Assembly (NCBI GenBank): GCA_038087875.1
Contig: CM075995.1
Coordinates: 5,954,001 to 6,018,000 of the forward strand
Source of the DNA: Malacoraja senta
Taxonomy: Eukaryota
Reading direction: 5' to 3'
Length of the DNA: 64,000 bases
Made by a program: the position numbers and the translations under genes. Each line of letters begins with the position of its first letter. The stretch's first letter is position 1. The notes beneath the pieces are model-generated. The model saw only the letters and a program-made list of their open reading frames with translations. It ran no database searches and was not told the DNA's origin. This document shows positions 24,336-36,100 of the stretch, in pieces.

Positions 24336-27300
24336 AATGAATGAATGAATGAATGAATACTTTATTGTCATTATAACATGTAAACATGTACAACGAAATT
24401 AGAAATGCCAACCAGTCAGTGCACCATTCACACATTTTCTTAGAGCAAAAGTCTAAGATAAACAACTAAAATAAATAACATGAAAAAAAACAACACATTC
24501 TTCTGTCTATTTCACAGTCCCTTTGGTGTGTAGCGCACCTGTACTCATTTGGTGGCTACATTAAGTGTATTTATTGCTGTTGGATAAAAACTGTTTTTGA
24601 GTCTGTTTGTCCTTGTCCTCATTGATCTGTACCGTCTGCCTGACGGCAGCAGTACAAACAGGGAGTGACCGGGGTGGAAAATGTCCTTTATGATCTTCTT
24701 GGATTTTTTGAGACAGTGGGAACTGTGTTGGTCCTTCAAGGTGAGGAGAGGGCAGCCGATAATCTTCTGGGCGTTGTCAATTGCCCTCTGGAGCGCTTTC
24801 CTCTTAGCCGCTGTGCAGCTGGTGTACCATACGCATACACAGTATGTTAAGATGCTCTCAATTGAGCATCGATAAAAGGACAGCAGCAGTCTCTGGGTGA
24901 TGTTGTTCTTCCTGAGCACCCTCAGGAAGTACAGTCTCTGCTGGACCTTTTTCAGCAGCGCAGAGGTGTTCACGCTCCAAGTCAGGTCCTCCTCAATGTG
25001 GATTCCCAGGAAGCGGAAATCCGCCACCCTTTCCACACAGTCCCCATTGATGATTAGTGGTGTAATGTCCGTTTTCTTCTTCCTGTAGTCAATTATGAGC
25101 TCCTTGGTCTTTGAGGTGTTGAGGAGCAGGTTATTTTCTCCACACCACCCTGTCAGCTGCTCCACCTCATCCCTGTAGGCGTACTCATCCCCCCCAGAGA
25201 TGAGCCCCACCACCGTGGTGTCATCCACGAATTTGACAATGGTGTTACTGTGGTGGGCGGGGGTGCAGTCATATGTGTAGATGGTGTAAAACAGGGGGCT
25301 CAGCACGCAGCCCTGTGGAGAGCCAGTACTGAGGCTGAGGGCCGTAGATGTGTGACGGCCCACTCTGACTCTCTGACTGCGACCTGACAGGAAGCTCTTT
25401 ATCCACATGTAGGTGGAGTGTGGAAGTCCCAGGTCCCCCAGTTTGTCCACCAGTTTGTGGGGAAGGATGGTGTTAAAAGCAGAGCTGTAGTCCACAAAGA
25501 GCATCCGCACGTAGCTCCCCCGCTGCTCCAGATGTGACAGTGCAGCATGGAGGGCTGTGACTACAGCATCCTCTGTGGATCTATTCGCTCTATACGCAAA
25601 CTGGTGGGGGTCAAAGCTTCGGGGCAGGAGTGATGTGATGTGACCCCGGACCAGTTTTTCAAAACACTTCATCACCACTGGTGTGAGTGCGACTGGCCGG
25701 TAGACGTTGAGACTGGAAATGTGGGGGTTTTTGGGCAAGGGGACTATGGTGGAGGACTTCAGACAGGATGGGACAGTGGACTGGGCCAGAGACTGGTTGA
25801 AAATCCTCGTAAAGACTCCAGCCAGCTGGTCTGCGCAGTCCTTCAGCACGCGTCCAGAAACGCCGTCGGGTCCAGCAGCCTTCCTCGGATTAATGGCCCG
25901 CAGCGTGCGCCTCACCTCATGCTCCTCTATTTTGAAGGATAAGCTGCTGTGGACCATGTGGTGTGATATGGCTGTCTCTGGTGGCTCCACTTCAAAGCGA
26001 GCAAAGAAGAGGTTCAGCTCCTCTGCCAGCGAGGCGTCACCTTCAGCAGCTCCAAGGTTGGTTTTGTAGTTGGTGAGATACTGGATCCCCTGCCACACCT
26101 GCCTGCTGTTGTTACTGTCCAGGTGGTCCTCTAACCTCCTTCTGTAGTCTGATTTGGCCTCTCTGATGCCTCTCTTCAGGTTAGCTCGGGCCGTGCTGTA
26201 TAAAGCCCTATCGCCAGACCTAAAAACGGTGTTTCTCTCTTTTAACAGCCGCTGGACCTCCCTGGTCATCCAGGGCTTCTGGTTGGGGTAGACCTGGATG
26301 CGTTTGTCCACTGTGACAGTGTCCATGCAGTTTTTAATGTAACATAGTACACTGTCTGTGAACACCTCCAGGTCCTGGTGTTCAAACACATCACAGTTGG
26401 TCCTGTCGAAGCAGTCCTGCAGCTGCTGAGAGGCGCCATCAGGCCAAGTTGTGATGGTAGGCGCAGTTTTCCGGAGGGGGGCATATGCAGGAATTAAAAG
26501 CAGGGACATATGGTCAGACTGGCCCAGGTGTGGTAGTGGTCTAGCCCTGTAGCCCAGCTTGATGTTGGAGTAGACCTTGTCCAATGTGTTAGCTCCTCTT
26601 GTAGCACATTTAACATGCTGATAGAATTTGGGGAGCATTGCCTTCAAGTCCGCGTGATTAAAGTCCCCTGCTATGATGTGAACAGCGTCAGGATATGTGC
26701 TCTGATGGCTGCTAGTGCTACCATACAATTGTCCGATAGCCGAGTTCGCATTAGCATCCGGTGGTATGTATATCACAGTTATCATGACGACAGTAAACTC
26801 TCTAGGGAGATAAATGGTCCTGCATTTATCAGTCACATACTCCAGGTCCGGGGAGCAGTGACTGTCTACAATCATTGTGTTAGTACACCAGTTGTTGTTC
26901 ACGTACACACAGAGCCCTCCTCCTCTGCTCTTACCAGAGTCTCTTGTCCTGTCATGACGCTGTGCGGTGTAGCCTGTTAGCTCGATAGCAGAGTCCGGAA
27001 TGAGTGAATGAAGCCATGTCTCCGTGATCAACAGAATGCAGCTGTCCTTCACGGCGTTGTTAGCTGCAGTTTGTAGCCTCAGTTCATCCATCTTGTTAGC
27101 GAGGGATCTGGCGTTCATGAGAAACAGGCTGGGAAGCGGTGATTTGAGTGGCTGCCTCCGTAGCCTGGCTAGCGCGCCGGCCCTGCAGCCTCGCTTTTTC
27201 CTTCTCTCTGCGCCGCCTTCGCCTCCTCCCCGCTGGGATGGTAATCCACGGAGAGCCGGGACTCCTCGCTATGTCCACCGGGATCCTATGTAAACTGACA

Positions 27301-27474
27301 AACTCGGCTGTCACACTCCGCTCGCGACCAGCTCCAATCCTAAGGAGATCATGCTTGCTATAGACGTTGTTCGCCCAACAGTAAGTATGCAGGACAACAT
27401 TTGCGAACACAAAAAACACAAAACACCGACCGGGAGAACATTTAGCCGCTGCAACTGTGTGCGCCGCCATCTTG
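24336..27474 (-). mobile_element. Full-length Rex1/Babar LINE
   Basis: 5' CAAGATGGCGGC, an 857-aa open APE+RT ORF, AATAAA, and a (CATT)n tail. Confidence 0.95.
24545..27118 (-). CDS. Rex1/Babar APE endonuclease-reverse transcriptase (857 aa uninterrupted; N-terminal extension offset by a frameshift near 27200)
   Basis: Motifs [55 protein letters not shown] and FLGI. Confidence 0.93.
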   Translation of the reverse strand: MNARSLANKMDELRLQTAANNAVKDSCILLITETWLHSLIPDSAIELTGYTAQRHDRTRDSGKSRGGGLCVYVNNNWCTNTMIVDSHCSPDLEYVTDKCRTIYLPREFTVVMITVIYIPPDANANSAIGQLYGSTSSHQSTYPDAVHIIAGDFNHADLKAMLPKFYQHVKCATRGANTLDKVYSNIKLGYRARPLPHLGQSDHMSLLLIPAYAPLRKTAPTITTWPDGASQQLQDCFDRTNCDVFEHQDLEVFTDSVLCYIKNCMDTVTVDKRIQVYPNQKPWMTREVQRLLKERNTVFRSGDRALYSTARANLKRGIREAKSDYRRRLEDHLDSNNSRQVWQGIQYLTNYKTNLGAAEGDASLAEELNLFFARFEVEPPETAISHHMVHSSLSFKIEEHEVRRTLRAINPRKAAGPDGVSGRVLKDCADQLAGVFTRIFNQSLAQSTVPSCLKSSTIVPLPKNPHISSLNVYRPVALTPVVMKCFEKLVRGHITSLLPRSFDPHQFAYRANRSTEDAVVTALHAALSHLEQRGSYVRMLFVDYSSAFNTILPHKLVDKLGDLGLPHSTYMWIKSFLSGRSQRVRVGRHTSTALSLSTGSPQGCVLSPLFYTIYTYDCTPAHHSNTIVKFVDDTTVVGLISGGDEYAYRDEVEQLTGWCGENNLLLNTSKTKELIIDYRKKKTDITPLIINGDCVERVADFRFLGIHIEEDLTWSVNTSALLKKVQQRLYFLRVLRKNNITQRLLLSFYRCSIESILTYCVCVWYTSCTAAKRKALQRAIDNAQKIIGCPLLTLKDQHSSHCLKKSKKIIKDIFHPGHSLFVLLPSGRRYRSMRTRTNRLKNSFYPTAINTLNVATK

Positions 27475-27576
27475 TAATGCAGTAGATGCAGTGACATTGG
27501 ATCAAAATCTTATTGGTCCACAGTATTGAATGACATTTAAAATGATAATTGTCAACATTTGTTGTTTCTTTCATGT

Positions 27577-27800
27577 GACCCTCGTCCTGTGAGGGGGGAG
27601 AGAACAAAGGAGAACACAGCAGGAGGGGCCCGCCATGAGGGGAGGGGGGGGGTGAGAACAAAGGAGGACCCGGCACGGGGGAGGGCGGAGAACAAAGGAG
27701 GACACTGCTTGGCGACTTTGCATACCTTGGGTATGCAAGCAAAGAACTTCACTGTGACTTGTCACGTGACAATAAAGTATTCATTCATTTATTCATTCAA
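27577..27800 (+). mobile_element. Short retroposed 3' fragment with a Rex-type tail
   Basis: Three agaacaaaggag units, a ttgcatacc/ggtatgcaa hairpin, gtgacaataaag, and a (CATT)n tail. Confidence 0.6.
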
Positions 27801-29139
27801 TTCCCTGAGTCTAATACTGGCCTCAGCTGTTAAGTAATGGCAGTGGATTTCCTCACCAATGGCTCAATAGGAGAGAAAAATAGTCTGGAGGAACGGATCT
27901 CTGCATTAAAGAAAAACGCAACATGGATAGTTTTCAAGGAAAGCAACTCTTCCATAACACGGGGGTCATCTGAAGAAGGGTCCCAAACTGAAATGTGATC
28001 GGTCCAGTTCCCCTCAATGGATATGTTTCGTCATTAGTTAGTTTTTTACTCAAGATTATGCTATTTGTGGTCTTTTGGGGAATGGGATTGCTCTGTGATC
28101 TGGTGTCAGAATTTGCGATGAGTTTTTATGGAGACATAAGGAGCTGCAGAGGCTCATTACAGGAAAAGACATAAAGGTCATAGATAGGCCAGATTTAGAG
28201 TCTATCCATATCCTCTAGAGATGCTGCGTGACTCGCTGACTTACTCTGCTACTTTGTGTGCGATTTTTTTTATTAGCGTTTGTACTCTTGTCTTGATTGC
28301 TTTATCAATTGTTTTGGAACATCAGGATCTTTTCTAAACTGGAGAAAAAATAACAATGTTCTTGCATCTTGCTCAGTAAATGATTGAAATGCTTGATTTG
28401 TATGAAACCACTTTTTGTATTAATTACTTGTTCCTTCAATCAGCCGATTAGCATGTTTTTCGGAAGAATGTTGCTCGGTGCATTGCCAGGATGTTGCCTG
28501 GAACGGAAGGCTTTAGTTATAAGGAGAGAGTTTAGGAGCTGAGGAGTGACCTTACAGAAAGAGGCAAATTTATGAGGAACAGCTCCATCCAAGACCACAA
28601 GATATTGTGGTCTTGAATGGATAGCTTGTAAAAAAAAACTGTACCTTGCTCTATGTGACAATAATAAATCTAAACTTTATCCGTCCTTTTCATAGTGATT
28701 TTATTTTACAGCCCGCATTTTTACTAATGCCACAGATGTTAGCTGTGGTCAAAGAGAATATAAAAGTTGCACAACAGGCACTTCACATCATTCTTATTTG
28801 TTTTACCAGGAAGTTCTTTGCAGTCATTGTCTTGGTTGATCGGCAAATTGTATTGACAAGATGTTCTCTTGCAGTACTGTTTTGTTCTAAGATTTTCTGC
28901 TCTTAATAAAAGGCTTGGTGTTCCTCAGTACTTCAACTAATTGTCTGGCAAAAAGCAAGTGCAACTCGCATGGGAAGAGGGTGAGTTTGATTGGCAGCCA
29001 AGGCTCTATTTTGATTTGGTTCTCTGAGTCTATTGTAACATGAAGGACTCTGATATTCACTTTTAAGCACATCCTGCTCCACAAAAGGCTATGTGAACCA
29101 CAGGATAGTGTTAGTAAAGTTTAAACACATGAGTTATAT

Positions 29140-29630
29140 TGGAGCTATTATAGCTTTATAGAACTTTGATGAGTCTGCATTTGGAGTATAGTGCAATTCT
29201 GATGGTCAGAATCAATGTTGAGGCTTTGGAGAGGGTGCAGACGAGGTTTAATGGAATGCTGCCCTGGTTAGAAGGTGTTAGCTATAAGGAGAGCTTGGAC
29301 AAATTTGGATTGTTTTCTCTAGAGCATTGGAGGCTGGGGAGACCTGAAAGAGCCATTAAAAAATAATGTGAGGCATCGGGTAGACGGTCCTTTTCCCCCA
29401 GAGTGGAAATGTCAAAGACTAGAGGGCATGGTTTTAAGGTGAGAGGGGCAACTTTTAAAGGAGGTGTGGAGAGTTGTAGGTGCCCGGAATGTGCTGCCAG
29501 GGGTGGTGGTGGAGGGAGATACAATCGTGGTGTTTGAGCAGCTTTTGGATGAGCATATGGGTATGCAGGGATGGGAAGAATCTTGATCACATGTAGAGGA
29601 AATTAGTTTAATTTGGTATCGTGTTTAGCA
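29140..29630 (+). mobile_element. Old CR1 3' fragment
   Basis: HLEYS...ALERVQTRF...LEGVSYKESLDKFGLFSLE. Confidence 0.8.
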
Positions 29631-29768
29631 TTGCAGGAAGTGACATCGAATCATCTCCCATAATGCATTATACACATGCTTCGAAAGGGACTAGACTGGT
29701 GCCTTCAATAACTACTGGCCAATGGCATTAATGTCTGTGGTGAAGTAGTTCTTTAAGAAGTCCTGGAC

Positions 29769-30160
29769 ATGCTTAATGCTTTCTATGCAAACTTTGAAAG
29801 GGAGAGCTTCAGTATACCTTCTTGGACCCCCACATCCTCAAGCGATACTGTAGTCTCCTTCACCAAGGCTGATGTCAGAAGATCATTCATGAGGGTGAAC
29901 CCTGAGAAAGCGGCTGCCCTGATGCTGTACCTGGCTGCGTTCTTAAGACCTGCATGGAGTTTTTGCGAGCATCTTCAACCTCTCTTTACTACGTTCCGAT
30001 GTTCCCACCTGGACATCAATAATGCCGATCAAAGGACATTAATAATGTCAGTACTCAAGAAGAGTAAGGTGATATGCTTACTGACTACTTAATGACTCCT
30101 GACTGTTTGCCATTAACGTCCATGATGATGAAGTGTTTTGAGAGGTTAGTTATGACGCAA
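29769..30160 (+). mobile_element. Old Rex1/Babar RT fragment
   Basis: LNAFYANFE...ADVRRSFMRVNPEKAA and a downstream MKCFERL motif. Confidence 0.75.
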
Positions 30161-30161
30161 T

Positions 30162-30285
30162 TTGAAGAAGGATCCCATCCCAAAATGTCACCTGAAGAAG
30201 GGTCTTGACCAGAAACGTTGCCTATCCATTCCCCATACAGATGCTGCCTGACCTGCTGAGTTACTCCAATGCCTAGTTTTGCCCA
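30162..30285 (+). mobile_element. Hammerhead-motif repeat with a tandemly duplicated core
   Basis: ttgaagaaggatcccatcccaaaatgtcac is immediately followed by ctgaagaagggtcttgaccagaaacgttgcc. Confidence 0.7.
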
Positions 30286-31854
30286 AGGAGGTGATTGTTT
30301 ACTTCAATAATTAATCAACTCGCTATCCCCAATTAAAAGTTGTTTTAAGCTATATAGCTAATTATGCAAATCCGAAATAACACTGCAAAGGCGATCGTTA
30401 AATTCTTGATGCTCCATCAGCTCAGGAAATAAAAAAGTAGATTTCATTATTCTGTCACAGATACCTTTTAATTGAGTTGGCAGAATGTTTCATAAGTGAA
30501 AACAGCAATTTGATGGTATAGTGTGTCTTGTGGCAGTTGCAGCAAAAATCCATCGATCCTGGTAAATCGAGAGTATAGGTTTGTGCACTTTTATTCATGG
30601 ACTCAAACTTTATGGATTAGCAATGCATGTGTGTGTGTGCCGGTTATGTAATGGAATGGAAATTCACCTGTCACAAATTGTTACCCAAAAAGTTGACATA
30701 TGGAATAAAATTCAATCTCATAGAAATTGTTGAGGAGAGGGGGGATGAAATTTATTTTTTAACTCATTTCTTGATGCCTGCAAAATGATGCGGCTTGGTG
30801 TTACTGAAAATCGCAATAGAGTGTTTTCCAGGAACACAACCTGCCCTTCCCCGTACCACTTAATGGAAAATGACATCTTGAGATGTGGGTAAAAACAGTC
30901 AAGTTGAATTTATGTTCTCTCTCAGCACTTCGGCTTGCAAAGAGAATCATAATGAGCATAAATTAAGTAGATTCACAAATTAGGGATGTGATGAATTAGT
31001 TTTATTTGAAGCGTTTGCAGGTGCAGAATAGGAAAACACAGTTTGTTCTGGGAGCCATAGACATTCTCAAATCTGGAAAATCATGTTGTACAGGATTAAT
31101 TTCAGAAGATAAATCTGATTCTTGCAGAGCCACTACACTGCATTTTTTATTAAATGTTATGCCTCAGGGTTTTGATGAAGGTACAGATTGCTAGATGGAA
31201 AAAAATATGCTTGAAAGAAAAAATATGTGAAGACTTGGAGAAAAAGTTTGTGAAATCTGAGTAAACCTAGATCTTGGTTGTTACTCATGTTAATGAATGT
31301 CTCCAAAATAACTGTTCAAATTGTTTTGGTTTTTTTTCCTATAGGTTAAACCTGGTGTAAATTACATCTAGGACACATCATTCCCAGCTGCCATGACAGC
31401 TTTTCTTTTAATAATACTCCATTCTACAGAGATTTGTTAGTTATGTCACGGTCCTGCACCTAGCTTTTTAATCATTTTGGAAATCCCATGAAAATGTTTT
31501 GTCACACTTTAAACCCATGAGGTAACAGTCCAATTATCTTTCCCACTTTTATGAGAAGAGACATTGTGAGGCATTGTGTCACTTTTGGAAATGGTGCCTG
31601 TGTCTAATTTGCATTTACAATAGCTTTGAAATATTGATTTATATGTTGCTTTACAAACTCTCCAACTCTTCATTTTTTGGGTTCTCCGGGTATGCTTAAT
31701 ATTTTCGTTTATGTGTTTATTCTGTTTTGTAAATGAACCCTGCTCTGCGAATCTTAAACATTGAGCATAATGTTAACTCAACAACAGGTTGCAGTTGGGT
31801 GGGATGTCTTCTCAAGCCCTTTTCAATCTCATCCGCTTATAGCTTTAATAGAGT

Positions 31855-33504
31855 CTAGACTAAGTGGGACCTGTTGGTCCCCCAACGCAACCCGTTTCCC
31901 AATGCAATATTCCACCACTCACCCGTTCCCCAATGCAACCCGTCCCCCCAACGCAATATTGCACCACTCACGCATAGACCCCAACTATGCAGGCACGGCT
32001 CATTTTCCCATATCCCCCAGTATTCCCTCCCCCTCCTCTTTGCCCTCCCTCTTCTTTCCCCTCACCTCCCTCACCTCTCCCTCCCTCTCCCCTACCCTCA
32101 GTCACTCCCTCCCCCCCCCATAACTCCTCTCTCCTCCCTAGCCCCCTCCTATCCCTATATCCCCCGCACCTCAACTCCCCCTATCCCTCCTGATCTCCCC
32201 CACTGCCCTCTCCCTCTATTCCCCACTCCCTACCTCTCCCACTCCCCTCTCCTCTTCCTCTATTCCCCCTCCTCCCCCACTCTCCTCCCCTCCCCACTTT
32301 CCCACTCTCCCTCCCTACCCGTTCCTCTCCCTCAATCCCCCCACTCTCCCTCCTCACCTCCCCAGGATTCTTCCCCTCTCCTCCCCAATCCCTCTCTCCC
32401 TCTCCTTTCCCCTGCTCTCAGTCACTCCCTCCCTCCCTCCCTCCATAAAAATCAGCATCTGCAGTTCCTTCCTCCACAGGACATTCATTGTTAGCTGCGG
32501 TTTAGGTCCCGTTGACTTGACGATTGGACCAGTTTGCATTGTGTGTGTGTGTGTGTGTGTGTGTGTGAGTTACTCAAACTCCACGCAAACTGCTCGGCCA
32601 CCCTGCAAGCCAACTCTCCCTCCCTCCCTCTGCCCACTCTGGCTCAGCCGCCGCTTGGCCCATCTCTGCCCGACCGCCCGCTGCTGCCGCTCGGCCCGTC
32701 CCCGCCCTGCCCCCTCACCTGCCTGCTCGCTGCCGCCGCCGGGCCACAGGGGGAGGGGGGGGGTGGGAGATGGAGTCTGTGATTGTCACTGTGGGCACCA
32801 CGAGTTTCGATGAGCTGGTGGAGAAGATCTCCAAGAAGGTCATGAGGGTGAGTTACCACAACGGCGGTGGAGGAGATGGACCCGGGGCGACAGGTAGATG
32901 GGGAGAGGAGTGACTGAAAAGGGAGAGAGAGATTGAACCAGGGTCTCCACTGGGTCCCCACTGGACACCCCCCCCCAAGGCCGCCACCAGTGGTGGGGGA
33001 GACGATAAACAAGTTACAGTCAGTGCGTGGCGCTGACTGAAGGAATCTGCATATGTGCGTGTTTACGAAAGATCCACAGCAACTCGCACATGGTAAAAAT
33101 CAATCTTTATTACATAGGCAAACAGGAACATATCAACTGCCAGCTACTAGCATCTGGCTCCGCTGGCCTGTGTGTGAGAGAGAGACAGTAACTGACCTTG
33201 TGTAGTACTGTAATACCATGTAGAGGGTGGCATGCACATATGTGTGGTGACGGTTATAACTGGCATGAATTAATAAGGGTTAATCTACAGCGCGGTTTTT
33301 AAGATATTTAAATCTCGATAACTTTTACAATATACCACTGATTGGACCAAAACGTGTTGCACTCGCAGCACAGGAGAACGGTGAGTAACCTGGCAAAAAA
33401 TCGTAGTGCTATCGCATGCCGTTTTTGCACAAATAGAAAGACCGTGCAAACCGGTAGAGCACAAGATCAGAGTTTTAGTTATGTATAGATAGATAGTAGA
33501 TAGA
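31855..33504 (-). mobile_element. Non-autonomous Helitron 2 with captured cargo
   Basis: Minus-strand 3' end is hairpin GGGACC-aaca-GGTCCC then ACTTAGTCTAG. The 5' end (plus strand cagagttttagttatgtatagataga...) parallels Helitron 1 (cagagttttaaaagtatatagataga). The exact 5' boundary is uncertain within 33489-33504, and the base after CTAG is not the canonical T. Confidence 0.82.
32770..32853 (+). pseudogene. ALG13: ALG13 exon-1-like fragment with splice donor, inside a Helitron
   Basis: Translates to MESVIVTVGTTSFDELVEKISKKVMR followed by GTGAGT. Compare the ALG13 N-terminus MKCVFVTVGTTSFDDL (glycosyltransferase 28 C-terminal family). No further ALG13 exon was seen. Confidence 0.85.
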
Positions 33505-33589
33505 TGGAGTGGTCCCAGATAGAAGGTTTGCAATTTAAATATGTTGTGATCTTCAGGGCTGCTGTGTCCCTACCCCACAATCAGACTTT

Positions 33590-33870
33590 CATCCCACTTC
33601 CTCACCTAGTGTGCAGTCCTGATCTCCCATTACGGGAAAGATATGGAGGCTTTCGAGAGATTGACAAAGAGGTTTACCATAATGTTACATGGACTAGAGG
33701 GCATTAGCTATGAGGAGAGGTTGGACAAACTTGCATTGTTTTCTCTGGAACGTCGGAAGTTGAAGGGAAACCTGAAAGAAGTATATGAGAGGCATAATTA
33801 TCAGAATATATTTTTCCCTCATGTCTAGAGGGCATGACTGAGGTGAAAGAGGGAAAGTTTAAAGGAGATT
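33590..33870 (+). mobile_element. Old CR1 3' fragment (tail resumes at about 36121-36163 and 38762-38840)
   Basis: LEGISYEERLDKLALFSLERRKLKG. Confidence 0.75.
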
Positions 33871-36100
33871 AGGATGGAGAGTGACATTGTTAATTCAGAA
33901 ACAAGGGTTCTGAACTTAAAGAAAGGTAACTTTGAGGGTATGAGCCGTGAATTGGCCAAGATAGGCTGGCAAGTGATTCTTAAAGGGTTGACGGTGGATA
34001 TGCAATGGAAGGCATTTAAAGACTGCATGGATGAACTACAACAATTGTTCATCCCAGTTTGGCAAAAGAATAAATCAGGGAAGGTAGTGAATCCGTGGAT
34101 AACAAGGGAAATCAGGGATAGTATCAAAACAAAAGATGAAGTGTACAAATTAGCCAGAAAAAGCAGCCTACCAGAGGACTGGGAGAAATTCAGAGTCCAG
34201 CAGAGGAGGACAAAGGGCTTAATTAGGAAAGGGAAAATAGATTATGAAAGAAAAGTGGCAGGGAGCATAAAAACTGACTGCAAAAGCTTTTATAGATATG
34301 TGAAGAGAAAATGATTAGTTAAAACAAATGTAGGTCCCTTGCAGTCAGAAACAGGTAAATTGATGATAGGGAACAAGGACATGGCAGACCAATTGAATAA
34401 CTACTTTGGTTCTGTCGTCACTAAGGAAGACATAAATAATCTGCCGGAAATAGCAGGGGACCGCGGGTCAAATGAGATGGAGGAACTGAGTGAAATCCAG
34501 GTTAGCCGGGAAGTGGTGTTAGGTAAATTGAATGGATTAAAGGCCGATAAATCCACAGGGCCAGATAGGCTCGATCCCAGAGTACTTAAGGAAGTAGCCC
34601 CAGAAATAGTGGATGCATTAGTGATAATTTTTCAAAACTCCTTAGATTCTGGAGTAGTTCCTGAGGATTGGAGGATAGCTAATGTAACCCCACTTTTTAA
34701 AAAGGGAGGGAGAGAGAAAACAGGGAATTACAGACCAGTTAGTCGAACATTGGTAGTGGGGAAACTGCTGGTCAGTTATTAAAGATGGGATAGCAGCACA
34801 TTTGGAAAGTGGTGAAATCATTGGACAAAGTCAGCATGGATTTACGAAAGGTAAATCATGTCTGACGAATCTTATAGAATTTTTCGAGGATGTAACTAGT
34901 AGAGTGGATAAGGGAGAACCAGTGGATGTGTTATATCTGGACTTTCAGAAGGCTTTTGACAAGGTCCCACATAAGAGATTAGTATACAAACTTAAAGCAC
35001 ACAGTATTGGGGGTTCAGTATTGATGTGGTTAGAGAACTGGCTGGCAAACAGGAAGCAAAGAGTAGGAGTAAACGGATCCTTTTCAGAATGGCAGGCAGT
35101 GACTAGTGGGGTACCGCAAGGCTCAGTGCTGGGACCCCAGCTATTTACAATATATATTAATGATTTGGACAAGGGAATTGAATGCAACATCTCCAAGTTT
35201 GCGGATGACACGAAGCTGGGGGGCAGTGTTAGCTGTGAGGAGGATGCTAGGAAGCTGCAAGGTGACTTGGATAGGCTGGGTGAGTGGGCAAATGCATGGC
35301 AGATGCAGTATAATGTGGATACATATGAGGTTATCCACTTTGGTGGCAAAAACAGGAAAGTAGACTATCATCTGAATGGTGGCAGATTAGGAAAAGGGTA
35401 GATGCAACGAGACCTGGGTGTCATGGTACACCAGTCATTGAAAGTAGGCATGCAGGTGCAGCAGGCAGTGAAGAAAGCGAATGGTATGTTAGCATTCATA
35501 GCAAAAGGATTTGAGTATAGGAGCAGGGAGGTTCTACTGCAGTTGTACAGGGTCTTAGTGAGACCACACCTGGAGTATTGCGTACAGTTTTGGTCTCCAA
35601 ATCTGAGGAAAGACATTCTTGCCATAGAGGGAGTACAGAGAAGGTTCACCAGACTGATTACTGGGATGTCAGGACTTTCATATGAAGAAAGACTGGATAG
35701 ACTCGGCTTGTACTCGCTAGAATTTAGAAGATTGAGAGGGGATCTTATAGAAACTTACAAAATTCTTAAGGGGTTGGACAGGCTAGATGCAGGAAGATTG
35801 TTCCCGATGTTGGGGAAGTCCAGGACAAGGGGTCACAGTTTAAGGATAAAGGGGAAATCTTTTAGGACCGAGATGAGAAAAACATTTTTCACACAGAGAT
35901 TGGTGAATCTCTGGAATTCTATGCCACAGAAGGTAGTTGAGGCCAGTTCATTGGCTATATTTAAGATGGAGTTAGACGTGGCCCTTGTGGCTAAAGGGAT
36001 CAGGGGGTATGGAGAGAAGGCAGGTACAGGATACTGAGTTGGATGATCAGCCATGATCATATTGAATTGCGGTGCAGGCGCGAAGGGCCTAATGGCCTAG
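33871..36100 (+). mobile_element. Young 5'-truncated CR1/HER1 LINE (ORF2 RT)
   Basis: Four consecutive ORF pieces across 33874-36037 with LDFQKAFDKVPH, SGVPQGSVLGP and KFADD, and few disruptions. Confidence 0.95.

Noticed and set aside
28101..28115. Gypsy primer-binding-site-like TGGTGTCAGAA
   Set aside because: No adjacent LTR ending in CA and no gag/pol sequence.
31345..31450. Candidate STT3B exon 2 (AG|GTTAAAC resembles the expected G-TTT-AAC start)
   Set aside because: The translation diverges immediately and stops after four codons, with no FNYRSTHHL match.
31761..32494. Long Pro/Ser/Leu-rich ORFs (206 aa and 120 aa)
   Set aside because: They arise from a C/T low-complexity tract inside Helitron 2.
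33040..33290. Possible LTR fragment inside Helitron 2 (minus-strand AATAAA)
   Set aside because: No TG...CA boundaries or TSD could be established.
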